Part shown: one piece after another, positions 1 through 9,154 of the stretch
Layout: the number at the start of each line of letters is the position of its first letter
Numbering within the stretch: position 1 is the stretch's first letter
NCBI GenBank assembly: GCA_005804885.1
Contig: SYOX01000381.1
Location: 2,934 to 66,933, forward strand
Length of the DNA: 64,000 bases
Source of the DNA: Pseudomonadota bacterium
Lineage (GTDB): Bacteria > Myxococcota_A > Bradymonadia > Bradymonadales > GCA-2716585
Direction: 5' to 3'
The notes under the pieces: generated by a model
Seen by the model: only the letters and a program-made list of their open reading frames with translations
Database searches by the model: none
Told to the model about the DNA's origin: nothing
Made by a program: the position numbers and the translations under genes

Positions 1-444
1 GAAGTAGGCCTGATCGGTGAAGTCGTCCAGCGGCATGGGCCTGTCTCCAGAGGTCCATACGCCCCCGATCTGCACGGCCAGATAGAGGTTGTGGCCGCCG
101 ACGAGCAATGGGCGGCGCGCGAGATCCTTCTGGAGCCGCGCCGCCACCAGCGAGGTCTCCTCCGCCGTCACGCAGCGCAGCAGGATCCCCAGGCAGCCCT
201 CTGCGAACCAACCCACCGTGTCCGTCCCTCGGACCATCCCGGTGGCCGCGCTCGCGAAGCTCGAATGGAAGGCCTCCCGATCCGCGATCTGGAAGCGCTC
301 GACGTAGATGTCCTCGAACTCCATCCTCAAGATCAGCAGCGCGCAAGGCACGTTGAGCCGCTCTGTGACGTTGAGCTGCGCCGACAAGGCCCCGTAGAAC
401 CCCTCGGGGTCAAGCAAGCTCTGCATCTGCCGGGTGTCCTTCAT
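1..444 (-). CDS. Degenerate GGDEF-like domain protein (runs off the window's left edge)
   Basis: Not in the ORF track. Hand translation from ATG at 444 gives MKDTRQMQSLLDPEGFYGALSAQL...CALLILRMEF...VRGTDTVGWFAEGCLGILLRC...AARLQKDL...LAVQIGG, open to base 1. The layout matches the GGDEF fold (R-x-x-D-x-V-x-R-x-GGDEF-x-I-L-L), but the signature reads AEGCL. Confidence 0.6.
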   Translation of the reverse strand, partial: MKDTRQMQSLLDPEGFYGALSAQLNVTERLNVPCALLILRMEFEDIYVERFQIADREAFHSSFASAATGMVRGTDTVGWFAEGCLGILLRCVTAEETSLVAARLQKDLARRPLLVGGHNLYLAVQIGGVWTSGDRPMPLDDFTDQAYF

Positions 445-656
445 GTTCCCATCCTTGCCGTTGACGCCGACCCTTGGCCGCGTTGCCCTCCGTAGGCCCC
501 TCTCCTTCCTATCGGAGCGCTCGCCGCGAGCTTTAGCCTCCCCACACACACCCACGACCGACGCCACGACCGCCACACTGTCGTCCCCCCGTCACACACA
601 CCTCGCCGCCGAGACCCTCCACGCGCGAGCCCGTCGACCTCGATCGAGGTTGACGG

Positions 657-671
657 TGGCACGCCCCTTGC
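657..671 (+). promoter_or_regulatory. sigma54 (-24/-12) promoter for the giant repeat-protein gene
   Basis: TGGCAC-GCCCC-TTGC matches the consensus TGGCAC-N5-TTGC exactly. It is flanked by a near-perfect 26-bp palindrome (631-656) and a perfect 20-bp palindrome (706-725). Confidence 0.75.
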
Positions 672-750
672 CAAAAGCCTCCCTCGGCACTCAGGATGGA
701 GTTTCGGCTGACCCGCGGGTCAGCCCAGGCAGGGCGACAAGGTCCAGACG

Positions 751-3700
751 ATGCAAAGCCCACTTCACAGCAAGCGCGAAGCCTCCTTCGCAGCGCGCGC
801 CCTGCTCCCCACGCCTGACCGCGCCGTGCGCCCCCTGCTCACCCTCGGACTGGCCGCCCTGCTCTGGGCCGCGCTGGCCCCTCCGGCGCACGCCCAGGAC
901 CCGACCGACGCCCTCCGCCTCCAACCCCCTTCCCTCTCCAGCACCTCGGCCCGGACCAGCCACGGGGCGCTCTCCCCCGGCGCCCTCGCCGATCCCACCG
1001 GCGACCTCGACGGGATCGAGGGTGGCCCGCCCCTCGATCCAGCGATGGCCGACCCCGAAGGCGGGGGGTCGTCGGCCCAGCCCTCCACAAGGACGCGCAG
1101 GATCATCCGCAACGGCGCGTACATCCTCTATTTTTACGAACACGACCCCGTCGACGACGAGACCCTCCTGCACATCCTCGGGCTCTTCTGGTATCGCGGA
1201 AAGCCGGACTGGAAGCTCTTCATCGCCCTGCCCTTGGGCGCCTACTGGCGCTGGAACGACGACCCCAACCGCTGGGGGCTGATCTCCCCCCTGGCGTGGC
1301 ACGTCCAGGACGACGACTTCACCTACACCGGCGCGTGGCTCTATCATCGATATGAGAGCCGCCAGACGCGCTTCTCCACCCTCTTCCCGCTCTACTGGAA
1401 CCACCAGGATCTGGACCTCGACGAAGACCTCCACATCCTCGGCCCCCTCTTCTACAAGACGAGGCCCGAGGGCTGGAGCGCGGGGCTGGCGCCGATCTTC
1501 TGGATGGGCGGCGGGCCGGAGAGCACCTCATGGACCCTGCTGCCGCTGGTCCACTACGAGGACGACGCCGAGTCCACCCGCCTCTACTCCCCGGCCTTCC
1601 TCCACATCCACGACAAGGAGAGCGACAGCCTCTTCGGCGGCATCCCGGCGCTGATGACCTTCTGGAGCGGCGACGACTACAGCACCTTCGTGATGCAGTT
1701 CCCCTTGCTCTTCAAGTACATCGAGGACGACTTCAGGCTGACCCTGGCGGCGGTGCTGCTCCTCGGCCTTGAGGCGGACGACTGGCGCTTCGGCTCCGTG
1801 CTGCCCTTCTTCTTCGGCTACGAGGACGACGAAGACGACTTCCGGCTGCTCCTGCCGGTCCTCTACGCGCGGTGGTCGGACAAGCGGAGCGACGATCACT
1901 TCGGGATGCTCGGCCCGCTCTACACCTGGCGCGATGGCCAGGAGCACGGCGCCGGCCTGTGGCCGCTGATCAAGTTCGACCAGGACGACATCACCGGCGA
2001 CGCCACGACGATGATCCTGCCGATCTACTACGCCAGCGACGAGGGCGAGGTGCAGCACCGCTACTTCCTGCCCTTCCTCTACGGGAGCAGCTTCTTTGAC
2101 GAGGAGCACCACTGGACCACCCTCGGGCCGCTCTACACCATCGACGACGGCCAGGACCACTACCACGGCCTCGCGCCCTTCGTGCACGTCCACCAGAACG
2201 AGGAGCAGCAGGAGGAGCTGACCATCGTGGCGCCCCTGTACGGGGCCTACGACGACCCTCAGACGCACATCCGGCTGCTCGTCCCGCTGCTCTACTTCCG
2301 CCACGAAGATCTGGCCCTGGACACCCACCTGATCATCGCCGGCCCCTCCTGGTACAACCGGAGCGTCGACGACCTCTCCTACGGCGTCGCGCCCTTCTAC
2401 ATCCACTGGGAGAGCGAGGCGCTTGAGCGGGAGTTCACCCTCATCCCTGGGCTCTACTACAACAACGAGGGGCCGGGGTGGTCGACGACCTTCGTAGGGC
2501 CGGCCTTCCATAAGCAGGACGCCGATGGCTCGATGACCGGCGTGCTGCCCCTTGGCCTGTGGCACGAGGACGACCTGACGCAGACCAGGACGCTTGCGCT
2601 GGCGCCGGGGCTCTACTGGTCGGAGGGGCCGGAGCGCAAGCGGATCTTGATCGGGCCGGCCTGGAGCTTCAGAGACGGGGAGACGAAGAGCGACGGGCTC
2701 TTCCCCATCGTGGCGCGGCACGAGGAGGCCGACGGCAGCGGCTTCTTCTTCATGCCGGGCTTCCTCGATCTGAGGGTCACCGGGGAGGACGGGTGGGACT
2801 TCACCTGGCTGCTGTCGGGCTTCCGGTACAAGAGCCGGGACGGGGTCCGGACGACCATGGTGGCGCCGCTCTTCCTGGAGACGAGCGACGAGCGAACGGG
2901 CGACTACTGGGCGCTGGCGGCGCCGTGGATCTATTTAAGTGGAAATACGCGCACTTACGAGCGCTTCATCTTCGCGCCGCCCTTCTTCTACGACCGCGAT
3001 CTGGACGAGACGGACTGGCTGCTCTTCCCGCTGGCCTTCGGGCACGACGACCGGGAGCTGTCCTATTGGCTGGCTGGGCCGCTGGCCTTCAAGTACGAAG
3101 AGAAGGCGCCCGGCGGCGGCAAGCTGCTGCTCGGCCCGCTGCTCTTCGGGCAGTACACCCGGGGCCTGAACCCGGATCTGGGGACGCCGGAGGCCCTGCA
3201 GGGCGAGCCGGCGACGGACATGGGCTGGCTGGGGCCCTTTGTGTGGAGCGACACCCGCGAGCGGCGCTTCAGGATGCTCTTCCCCTTGCTCCTGGACTGG
3301 AAGGACTTCGAGCACGACGAGAGCTTCATGGCCTTCTTCCCGCTCTACTTCCAGTGGAAGCAGCAGGTGGAGGGGATCCAGCGCAGGCTGGACGCCTACG
3401 TGCCGCTCTATGTCCGCTACAGCGAGCTGATGCCCGACGGCACCGAGGAGTCCTTCCACGGCCTCGGGCCGCTCTTCGCCTACAGCGGCAGGAGCGGTTA
3501 CGGGCTTGGGGCCTTCCCCCTCTTCTGGCACGACCGGAGCACGGCGGAGGCCGGCGAATCGGGGCACGACATCGTCTTCCCGCTGGTGTGGCACTTCTTC
3601 AACGAGGGAGAGGGGACCCGCTCGGTGGTGGCCGGGCCGGTGTACAGCTTCAAGGAGCCGGGGGAGCAGAGCTACGGCGTGATCCCGCTCTGGTTCCACA

Positions 3701-5784
3701 AGACGGCCTGGTCGGAGGCCGGCGAGCAGGGCTATGACGCGGTCTTTCCCTTGTACTGGTATGGGTTTGGGAGGGACGAGGCGGGTCAGGAGGCGGCGAC
3801 GCTGCTGACGCCGGCGGGCTTCTATCGGCGCGAGGGGGAGAGCCGCTACGGGCTGGTGCTCAACTACTACTTCTCGCGGGAGGGGGAGGAGGCCACCGAC
3901 TTCCTCTTCCCCCTGGTCTACAGCCACCGCGATGAGACGGAGGACACGCTCTTCGTGGCGCCGCTCTACTATCACACGGAGACGCCCTCGTACTCGGCGC
4001 GGCTGCTCGCGCCGCTCTACTTTCACGCGGAGGACAGGATCGAGGATACGGAGGTGACGCTCCTCTTCCCCTACCTGGGGACGAAGACGCCCGAGTCCGA
4101 GATCGACATGGTCCTGCCGCTCTTCTTTCAGGAGCGGACCCGCGACGGGGATCTCTTCCGGCTCATCGCGCCGCTCTACCTCCAGTTGGAGGACGGGGTG
4201 ACGGGATCGCAGTTCGTGGCGGCCGGGCCGATCTGGTATTCCGGAGATGGGGCGGGGGGTTACGACACGGGGGCCTTCCCCTTGCTGTGGTGGGGGGAGA
4301 GCGCCGACGGGAAAGACGGCTACTTCGTGGGGGCGCCCTTGTTCTGGCGCTTCACCCTGAACGGCGGGCAGGACACGTGGACGGTGCTGACGCCCTTGTG
4401 GCACCACGAGGACGAGGAGGGCAGCGCGGCGGGCTTGTTCCCGCTGGCGTGGTGGGGCGAGGGGGCCGACGGGGTCGACGGCCACTCGGTGCTGGCGCCG
4501 GTGTGGTGGCGCTTCGTGTCGGGGGGCGGGCGAGATCGGTGGACGGTGTTGACGCCCTTGTGGCACCACGCGGACGAGGAGGGGGCGACGTCGGCGGGCT
4601 TGTTCCCGCTCTACTGGTGGAGGGAGGAGGCCAACGGGGTCGACGGCCACTCGGTCTTCTTCCCGGTGTGGTGGCGCTTCGTGTCGGACCAGGGGGCGGA
4701 TCAGTGGACCTCGCTGGGGCCGCTGTGGCTTCACGACCACCCGGAGGGCTGGTCGGCGGGGCTCTTCCCGCTGGCCTTCGCGCAGCGCGACGGCGAGGAC
4801 ACGAGGATGGGGGTTTTCCCCTTTTATTACAGCAATGTGGAGGACGTGCAGACGACGGTGGCCTTCCCGCTCTACTTCGGCAGGCGGTGGGACGATGGGG
4901 CGGGGAGCTTCGACACGATCCTGGGGCTCTACTGGGGCTGGGAGGACAAGGAGGAGGAGGTCAGCGGGCAGCTCCTGGGGCCGCTCTACCACTTTGAGGA
5001 CGGCGAAGCGAGCACGACGGGGCTCTTCCCGCTGGCGAACTGGAGCCACGATCCCGAGGAGGGGGACACGGGCTGGCTGCTGCCGGTGGCCTATTACGAT
5101 CGGTCGGCCGACGGCGCGGACATGCGGGTGGTGGCCGGGCCGGCCTTCTACGATCGGGACGAGGAGGGGACGGACTGGGGTCTGGCGCCGCTCTTCTGGA
5201 GCTTCGAGCGTGAGGCGGCCAGCGGCAGCATGCTCCTGCCGGCCTACTTCTACGAGGGGAGAGACGAGGGGCACACCTTCATCAGCCCGGTGGCGTACTC
5301 GAGGCGGGAGGGGGAGGTGTGGAACGCCTGGTCGCTGCTCTACGCCGGCGGGGGCGACGCCATGGGGAGCTGGCATACGGTGTTGCCGCTCTTCTACGGG
5401 CGGCGCAGCAACGACGGGTCGAGCTTTGACATCGCCCTGCCCTTCTACCTCAACTTCAAGCAGCCTGGGGGCCGGTCCGGCGGGACGGTGCTCTTCCCGC
5501 TCTACTGGAACTTCTACAACGAGGATTCGGGGAGCGACGCGACGGTGCTCTTCCCGCTCTACTGGCATTTCCTCAATGACAAGAGGGAGTTGACGTTGCT
5601 CCTGCCCTGGTTCCATTCCCAGCGCAAGGACATCGACCGGGTCACGCACGGGCTGGTGCCGCTCTACTATTACAGTCGGGATCCGAGCGGCTACACCTTC
5701 CAGCTCATGGGCGGTATCTTCGGGGTTGACCACACGAGGGCGGAGGACAAGACCGACTATCAGCTGCTGTGGATACCCTTCTGA
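751..5784 (+). CDS. Giant secreted/outer-membrane repeat protein (phi-P-L-[FYW] beta-hairpin repeats), function unknown
   Basis: 1677-aa ORF. The probable start is GTG at 826, giving a signal peptide (VRPLLTLGLAALLWAALAPPAHA|QD). About 1550 aa consist of 15-18-aa repeats such as LFPLYW, LGPLFY, LAPIFW separated by acidic loops. Ends YQLLWIPF. Confidence 0.85.
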   Translation: MQSPLHSKREASFAARALLPTPDRAVRPLLTLGLAALLWAALAPPAHAQDPTDALRLQPPSLSSTSARTSHGALSPGALADPTGDLDGIEGGPPLDPAMADPEGGGSSAQPSTRTRRIIRNGAYILYFYEHDPVDDETLLHILGLFWYRGKPDWKLFIALPLGAYWRWNDDPNRWGLISPLAWHVQDDDFTYTGAWLYHRYESRQTRFSTLFPLYWNHQDLDLDEDLHILGPLFYKTRPEGWSAGLAPIFWMGGGPESTSWTLLPLVHYEDDAESTRLYSPAFLHIHDKESDSLFGGIPALMTFWSGDDYSTFVMQFPLLFKYIEDDFRLTLAAVLLLGLEADDWRFGSVLPFFFGYEDDEDDFRLLLPVLYARWSDKRSDDHFGMLGPLYTWRDGQEHGAGLWPLIKFDQDDITGDATTMILPIYYASDEGEVQHRYFLPFLYGSSFFDEEHHWTTLGPLYTIDDGQDHYHGLAPFVHVHQNEEQQEELTIVAPLYGAYDDPQTHIRLLVPLLYFRHEDLALDTHLIIAGPSWYNRSVDDLSYGVAPFYIHWESEALEREFTLIPGLYYNNEGPGWSTTFVGPAFHKQDADGSMTGVLPLGLWHEDDLTQTRTLALAPGLYWSEGPERKRILIGPAWSFRDGETKSDGLFPIVARHEEADGSGFFFMPGFLDLRVTGEDGWDFTWLLSGFRYKSRDGVRTTMVAPLFLETSDERTGDYWALAAPWIYLSGNTRTYERFIFAPPFFYDRDLDETDWLLFPLAFGHDDRELSYWLAGPLAFKYEEKAPGGGKLLLGPLLFGQYTRGLNPDLGTPEALQGEPATDMGWLGPFVWSDTRERRFRMLFPLLLDWKDFEHDESFMAFFPLYFQWKQQVEGIQRRLDAYVPLYVRYSELMPDGTEESFHGLGPLFAYSGRSGYGLGAFPLFWHDRSTAEAGESGHDIVFPLVWHFFNEGEGTRSVVAGPVYSFKEPGEQSYGVIPLWFHKTAWSEAGEQGYDAVFPLYWYGFGRDEAGQEAATLLTPAGFYRREGESRYGLVLNYYFSREGEEATDFLFPLVYSHRDETEDTLFVAPLYYHTETPSYSARLLAPLYFHAEDRIEDTEVTLLFPYLGTKTPESEIDMVLPLFFQERTRDGDLFRLIAPLYLQLEDGVTGSQFVAAGPIWYSGDGAGGYDTGAFPLLWWGESADGKDGYFVGAPLFWRFTLNGGQDTWTVLTPLWHHEDEEGSAAGLFPLAWWGEGADGVDGHSVLAPVWWRFVSGGGRDRWTVLTPLWHHADEEGATSAGLFPLYWWREEANGVDGHSVFFPVWWRFVSDQGADQWTSLGPLWLHDHPEGWSAGLFPLAFAQRDGEDTRMGVFPFYYSNVEDVQTTVAFPLYFGRRWDDGAGSFDTILGLYWGWEDKEEEVSGQLLGPLYHFEDGEASTTGLFPLANWSHDPEEGDTGWLLPVAYYDRSADGADMRVVAGPAFYDRDEEGTDWGLAPLFWSFEREAASGSMLLPAYFYEGRDEGHTFISPVAYSRREGEVWNAWSLLYAGGGDAMGSWHTVLPLFYGRRSNDGSSFDIALPFYLNFKQPGGRSGGTVLFPLYWNFYNEDSGSDATVLFPLYWHFLNDKRELTLLLPWFHSQRKDIDRVTHGLVPLYYYSRDPSGYTFQLMGGIFGVDHTRAEDKTDYQLLWIPF
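4270..4776 (+). repeat. Three in-frame tandem copies of a ~54-55-codon unit inside the repeat protein
   Basis: G[AL]FPL.WW.E.A[DN]G.DG....[AF]P..WRF....G.D.WT.L.PLW.H..EEG occurs three times, with clear DNA-level similarity. Confidence 0.8.
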
Positions 5785-5803
5785 GGGTCGGCTTCGAGGG
5801 GGG

Positions 5804-5882
5804 GGGGATTCCTGGGCGGTGGCCCGGTCGTGGTGGAGAGGGCGGGGATTCTTGGGCGATGGCGCGGCCGTGGTAGAAAGGG
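5804..5882 (+). repeat. Tandem 40-bp-period direct repeat, adjoining a G10 tract (5798-5807), upstream of the TolB-like gene
   Basis: ggggattcctgggcggtggcccggtcgtggtggagaggg vs ggggattcttgggcgatggcgcggccgtggtagaaaggg (33/39 identical). The second copy contains TGG-TAGAAA, resembling an extended -10. Confidence 0.65.
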
Positions 5883-5909
5883 GTGAGAAGGTAGCCGCGC
5901 GGAGGGAGC

Positions 5910-6830
5910 ATGGGCCTGAGCGAGAAGAAGTTTCAGCGGATGAACGTCCCCTCGGGCAAGCGGGTCACGGCCGGGCTGGGCGTGCACGCGCACCCGGCGC
6001 TGTCGCCGAAGGGGCGCTGGATGGCGTGGGCGGCCGAGGGCGGAGGGGACGTCCACATCTACGTCGGCGACAGGCAGGGGCGGCTCGGGCGGCAGATCAG
6101 CGGCGGCCACGGGGTCCACGCGCGAGCGGCCTGGTCCCCGGATGGCCGCACGATCGCCTACGGGCTGCGCAAGACCGAGCAGGGGCGCTGGCAGATCTGG
6201 CTTGGCGACAGGATCGACGCCGCGCTGACGCGGGTCCTGCTCAGCAGCACGCGCTTCAACTACCAGTTCCCGGCCTTCAGCCCGGAGGGCGGCAGCCTCG
6301 TCTTCTCCTCGACGCAGGGCTCGTCCGACGACACCTACAACCTCTGGCGCGTCGATCTGTCCACCGGCGAGAAGGAGCAGCTGACCGAGGCCGCCGGCCG
6401 CAATGACATGCTGCCGCGCTTTGATCCTTCGGGCCAGCGGCTGATCTTCAGCGCGGCGCCGGCCGGGGATCTGGCCGCGACGCACCTCTACAGCCTGGAT
6501 CTCGAGTCGCGGGGCGAGGAGAGGCTCACGGGCGGCAAGAAAGCCATGGAGGACGCGATCCTGGTCGACAGCCGCGTGGCCATCTGCACCCGGCGCGGCA
6601 AGAAGGGGCCCTCGCTCGTCGCGCTGGATCTGGAGCGCGGGGCGACGCTGATGCTGGTCGAGGACGCCCGCCACCCCACCGCGCGGGTGGACGCCGATGG
6701 GATCGTCGAGCTGGCCTGGACGGGCTCGGCGGGCGTGCCTGGGATCTACAGAGGGGAGCTGGCAGACTTCAAGGCCGAGCGGAGCGCGCGCCCCGTCGCG
6801 AGCGATCTGGAGAAGCAAGCGCGATCATGA
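5910..6830 (+). CDS. TolB-like / PD40 (WD40-like) beta-propeller protein
   Basis: Repeated HPALSPKG, AAWSPDG, PAFSPEG and PRFDPSG motifs. RBS GGAGGGAG. No obvious signal peptide. Confidence 0.8.
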   Translation: MGLSEKKFQRMNVPSGKRVTAGLGVHAHPALSPKGRWMAWAAEGGGDVHIYVGDRQGRLGRQISGGHGVHARAAWSPDGRTIAYGLRKTEQGRWQIWLGDRIDAALTRVLLSSTRFNYQFPAFSPEGGSLVFSSTQGSSDDTYNLWRVDLSTGEKEQLTEAAGRNDMLPRFDPSGQRLIFSAAPAGDLAATHLYSLDLESRGEERLTGGKKAMEDAILVDSRVAICTRRGKKGPSLVALDLERGATLMLVEDARHPTARVDADGIVELAWTGSAGVPGIYRGELADFKAERSARPVASDLEKQARS

Positions 6831-7249
6831 GAGCAGCTCAGGGAGATGGCCTCTGGGGGCCGGTCGCCGCCCTCTGGCAGAAGTCGGGGCGCGCGCTGAT
6901 GGTGCTGTCGATCGGCCACCAGCTTTTTGCCGCGATGGTGTGGGCGACGGGCCAACACCGCCTGCTCTACCTCGGCCAGCGCGCCCCGGAGGGCGTCGAG
7001 GGGCTCGATGAGGCGGCGATGCTGTGGTTCCTGCTCTCCGGGGTGCTCTTCTTCATGGTCGGTGCGGTGATGGACTGGGGGATCCGCGCGTCGGGTGAGC
7101 CGCCGCCGCCGTGGTTCTCGATCTTCGTCGTGGTGTTCAGCGCCGTCATGGTGATCCTGATGCCGCTGTCGGGCTTCTGGGCGGGCCTGGCGCTGGGGCT
7201 GGTCCTGCTGCGCGCGGCGCTCGGGCGAGCGCGCTCGCCGCGCAGTTGA
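6827..7249 (+). CDS. Small integral membrane protein
   Basis: ATGA overlap with the upstream stop; 3-4 hydrophobic segments. Confidence 0.65.
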   Translation: MRAAQGDGLWGPVAALWQKSGRALMVLSIGHQLFAAMVWATGQHRLLYLGQRAPEGVEGLDEAAMLWFLLSGVLFFMVGAVMDWGIRASGEPPPPWFSIFVVVFSAVMVILMPLSGFWAGLALGLVLLRAALGRARSPRS

Positions 7250-7316
7250 GGATGGGTCGGAATGCGCCCGTGCTGCGGCAGGTTCTGAGGCCGTGGATCG
7301 ACCCGCAGGAGGAGCC

Positions 7317-7718
7317 ATGAGCCAGAATCTGCCGCCCGCCCCCTACCGGCCTCAGCCCCTGGCCCCCCACGAAGAGAACAACTGGGCGATGGCGAGCCAC
7401 CTGAGCACGCTGGCCGGCCACCTCGTGCCCTTCGGCCACATCCTTGGGCCGCTGGCGATCTGGCTGATGAAGAAGGACCAGTCGGCCAAGGTCGAGCTTC
7501 ACGCCCGAGAGGCGATCAACTTCCAGATCACGATGACGCTCGGCATGGTCGTGGGCCTGCTGCTCTCCGTCGTGCTGATCGGCATCCCCATCCTGATCGG
7601 GCTCTACATCTTTGATCTGGTCGTGACCATCCAGGCCACGATGAAGGCCAAGGACGGGCTCCACTTCGACTACCCCATGACGATCCGCTTCATCCCCTCT
7701 CCCCACGGCTCGCCCTGA
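7317..7718 (+). CDS. DUF4870 domain membrane protein
   Basis: WAMASHLS...GPLAIWLMKKDQS..V..HAREAINFQIT...A.DG..F.YPMTIRF is the typical pattern. RBS AGGAGG before ATG at 7317. Confidence 0.85.
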   Translation: MSQNLPPAPYRPQPLAPHEENNWAMASHLSTLAGHLVPFGHILGPLAIWLMKKDQSAKVELHAREAINFQITMTLGMVVGLLLSVVLIGIPILIGLYIFDLVVTIQATMKAKDGLHFDYPMTIRFIPSPHGSP

Positions 7719-9150
7719 ACTCAGGCAGCAGATCCTTGGTGCGGCGCTGGGCGTCGAGCACCTCGGAGAGCCGTATCGGGTGGTCGCGGGGGATCCTGGC
7801 TCGAAGGAACCGAAGCCCAGCGGGCAGCTGGCCGCCGTGGTGCTGACCCGGGGTCCTTGAGAGCCCGGCCAGGAAGCCGTGGACGAGCTCCAGCGCGGTG
7901 GTGTTCGATCCCCACGACCACCCGGCGCCGCCGTCGACGCGGACCTCCAGGTTCTCGACGGGGACGTCGTGCGCCACGCACCACCCCCACCCCCAGCGCA
8001 CCGCCTCGACGAAGGCCGGCAGCCTTGATCGGTTGAAGCGGCGGGACTGGGCCCTCTTCTCGACCGTCTTGAGCACCTGGGTGAACCAGGGTTCGTGGGC
8101 GCCGGTCAGCAGCAGGTGGATGGGCAGGAGCGCCCCGGGCGCGTCGGGCAGGTTCAGCGCGTCAAAGGCCGAGCCCTTCGGCCAGCACGCGGGCCTGATC
8201 TTGGCCTCGACGTCCCAGCCGGCGACCCCGTGCTCGACCAGATAGTCGATGCCCAGGTCGAGCCCCCTGCCCTCGCGCAAGCGCTCAAGAACATTGCAGA
8301 TCCTGGCGACCGCCACGGGCGCGGCCCCCTCGTAGACGAGGGCGCGCAGCTCAGAGAGCGCCTCGCTGACGCCCAGCGACGCGGCGGGATCGTAGGTGCC
8401 CTGGTCCGCGCCGCTGAGTTGGGCCGCCAGGCCCCTCATGATCGGATCGCACGAGGCCCGCGCCTCGGTCAGCGCGGCCCGCGCGACCCCGGAGCGCTCC
8501 GAGGCCAGCGCCGCCTCGATCCAGGGCACCGCGGCGGCGTCGGCCAGCAGGCTCAGGCACCGCGCGGCCCCGACCCGCTCGTGGGCCCTGGGCGACTCCA
8601 ACAGGGCCCTCAGGCGCCCCGACGACTCGGGGCAGGTCGCCGCGATGTGCCTCGCCGCCTGATCCTGCACCCCCGTGGCGGTGTCGGCGAGCATGTGAAG
8701 GTCGAGATCGATCCCGTGCCCGCCCTTGGCGCACGACCACCGGTAGATCGCGAGGCGGTGTTCGTGGCGCTCCTCGCCCAGCACGTGGCGGATCTGCGCC
8801 TGCAGGTCCTCCTTGAAGATCTTCGAGAGCAGGTCGAGCCGCTCGCTCGCGCTCTTCGTCGAGGGCAGGCCGAGGCCCTCCAGGCCAAGCGCGATCGCCA
8901 TGGGCGAGCCCTTGTTGGCGCCCAGCGTCGTCCACCAGACCCTGTCGACGGTGTGGATTCTCCACGGCATCGACTGGCCGGTCCAATGGTAGACCTCGCG
9001 CAGGAAGGGCAAGCCCTCCCCGAGCCATCTCTCCCACTCGCCGCTCCAGTCACTCTGGAGCGCCAATCTCATGGTCTTCTGGAGGTCGTCCGGATAGTGG
9101 CTGATCTTCAGCCAGGCGCTCAGGGCCTCTCGGGCGACAAAAAATGTCAC
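7690..9150 (-). CDS. Hypothetical protein with central HEAT-like repeats
   Basis: 486-aa ORF containing LRALLESPRAHERVGAARCLSLL and AVPWIEAALASERSGVARAALTEA. Its 3' end overlaps the convergent DUF4870 gene by 29 nt. Confidence 0.6.
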   Translation of the reverse strand: MTFFVAREALSAWLKISHYPDDLQKTMRLALQSDWSGEWERWLGEGLPFLREVYHWTGQSMPWRIHTVDRVWWTTLGANKGSPMAIALGLEGLGLPSTKSASERLDLLSKIFKEDLQAQIRHVLGEERHEHRLAIYRWSCAKGGHGIDLDLHMLADTATGVQDQAARHIAATCPESSGRLRALLESPRAHERVGAARCLSLLADAAAVPWIEAALASERSGVARAALTEARASCDPIMRGLAAQLSGADQGTYDPAASLGVSEALSELRALVYEGAAPVAVARICNVLERLREGRGLDLGIDYLVEHGVAGWDVEAKIRPACWPKGSAFDALNLPDAPGALLPIHLLLTGAHEPWFTQVLKTVEKRAQSRRFNRSRLPAFVEAVRWGWGWCVAHDVPVENLEVRVDGGAGWSWGSNTTALELVHGFLAGLSRTPGQHHGGQLPAGLRFLRARIPRDHPIRLSEVLDAQRRTKDLLPEFRASRGERG

Positions 9151-9154
9151 GGCC

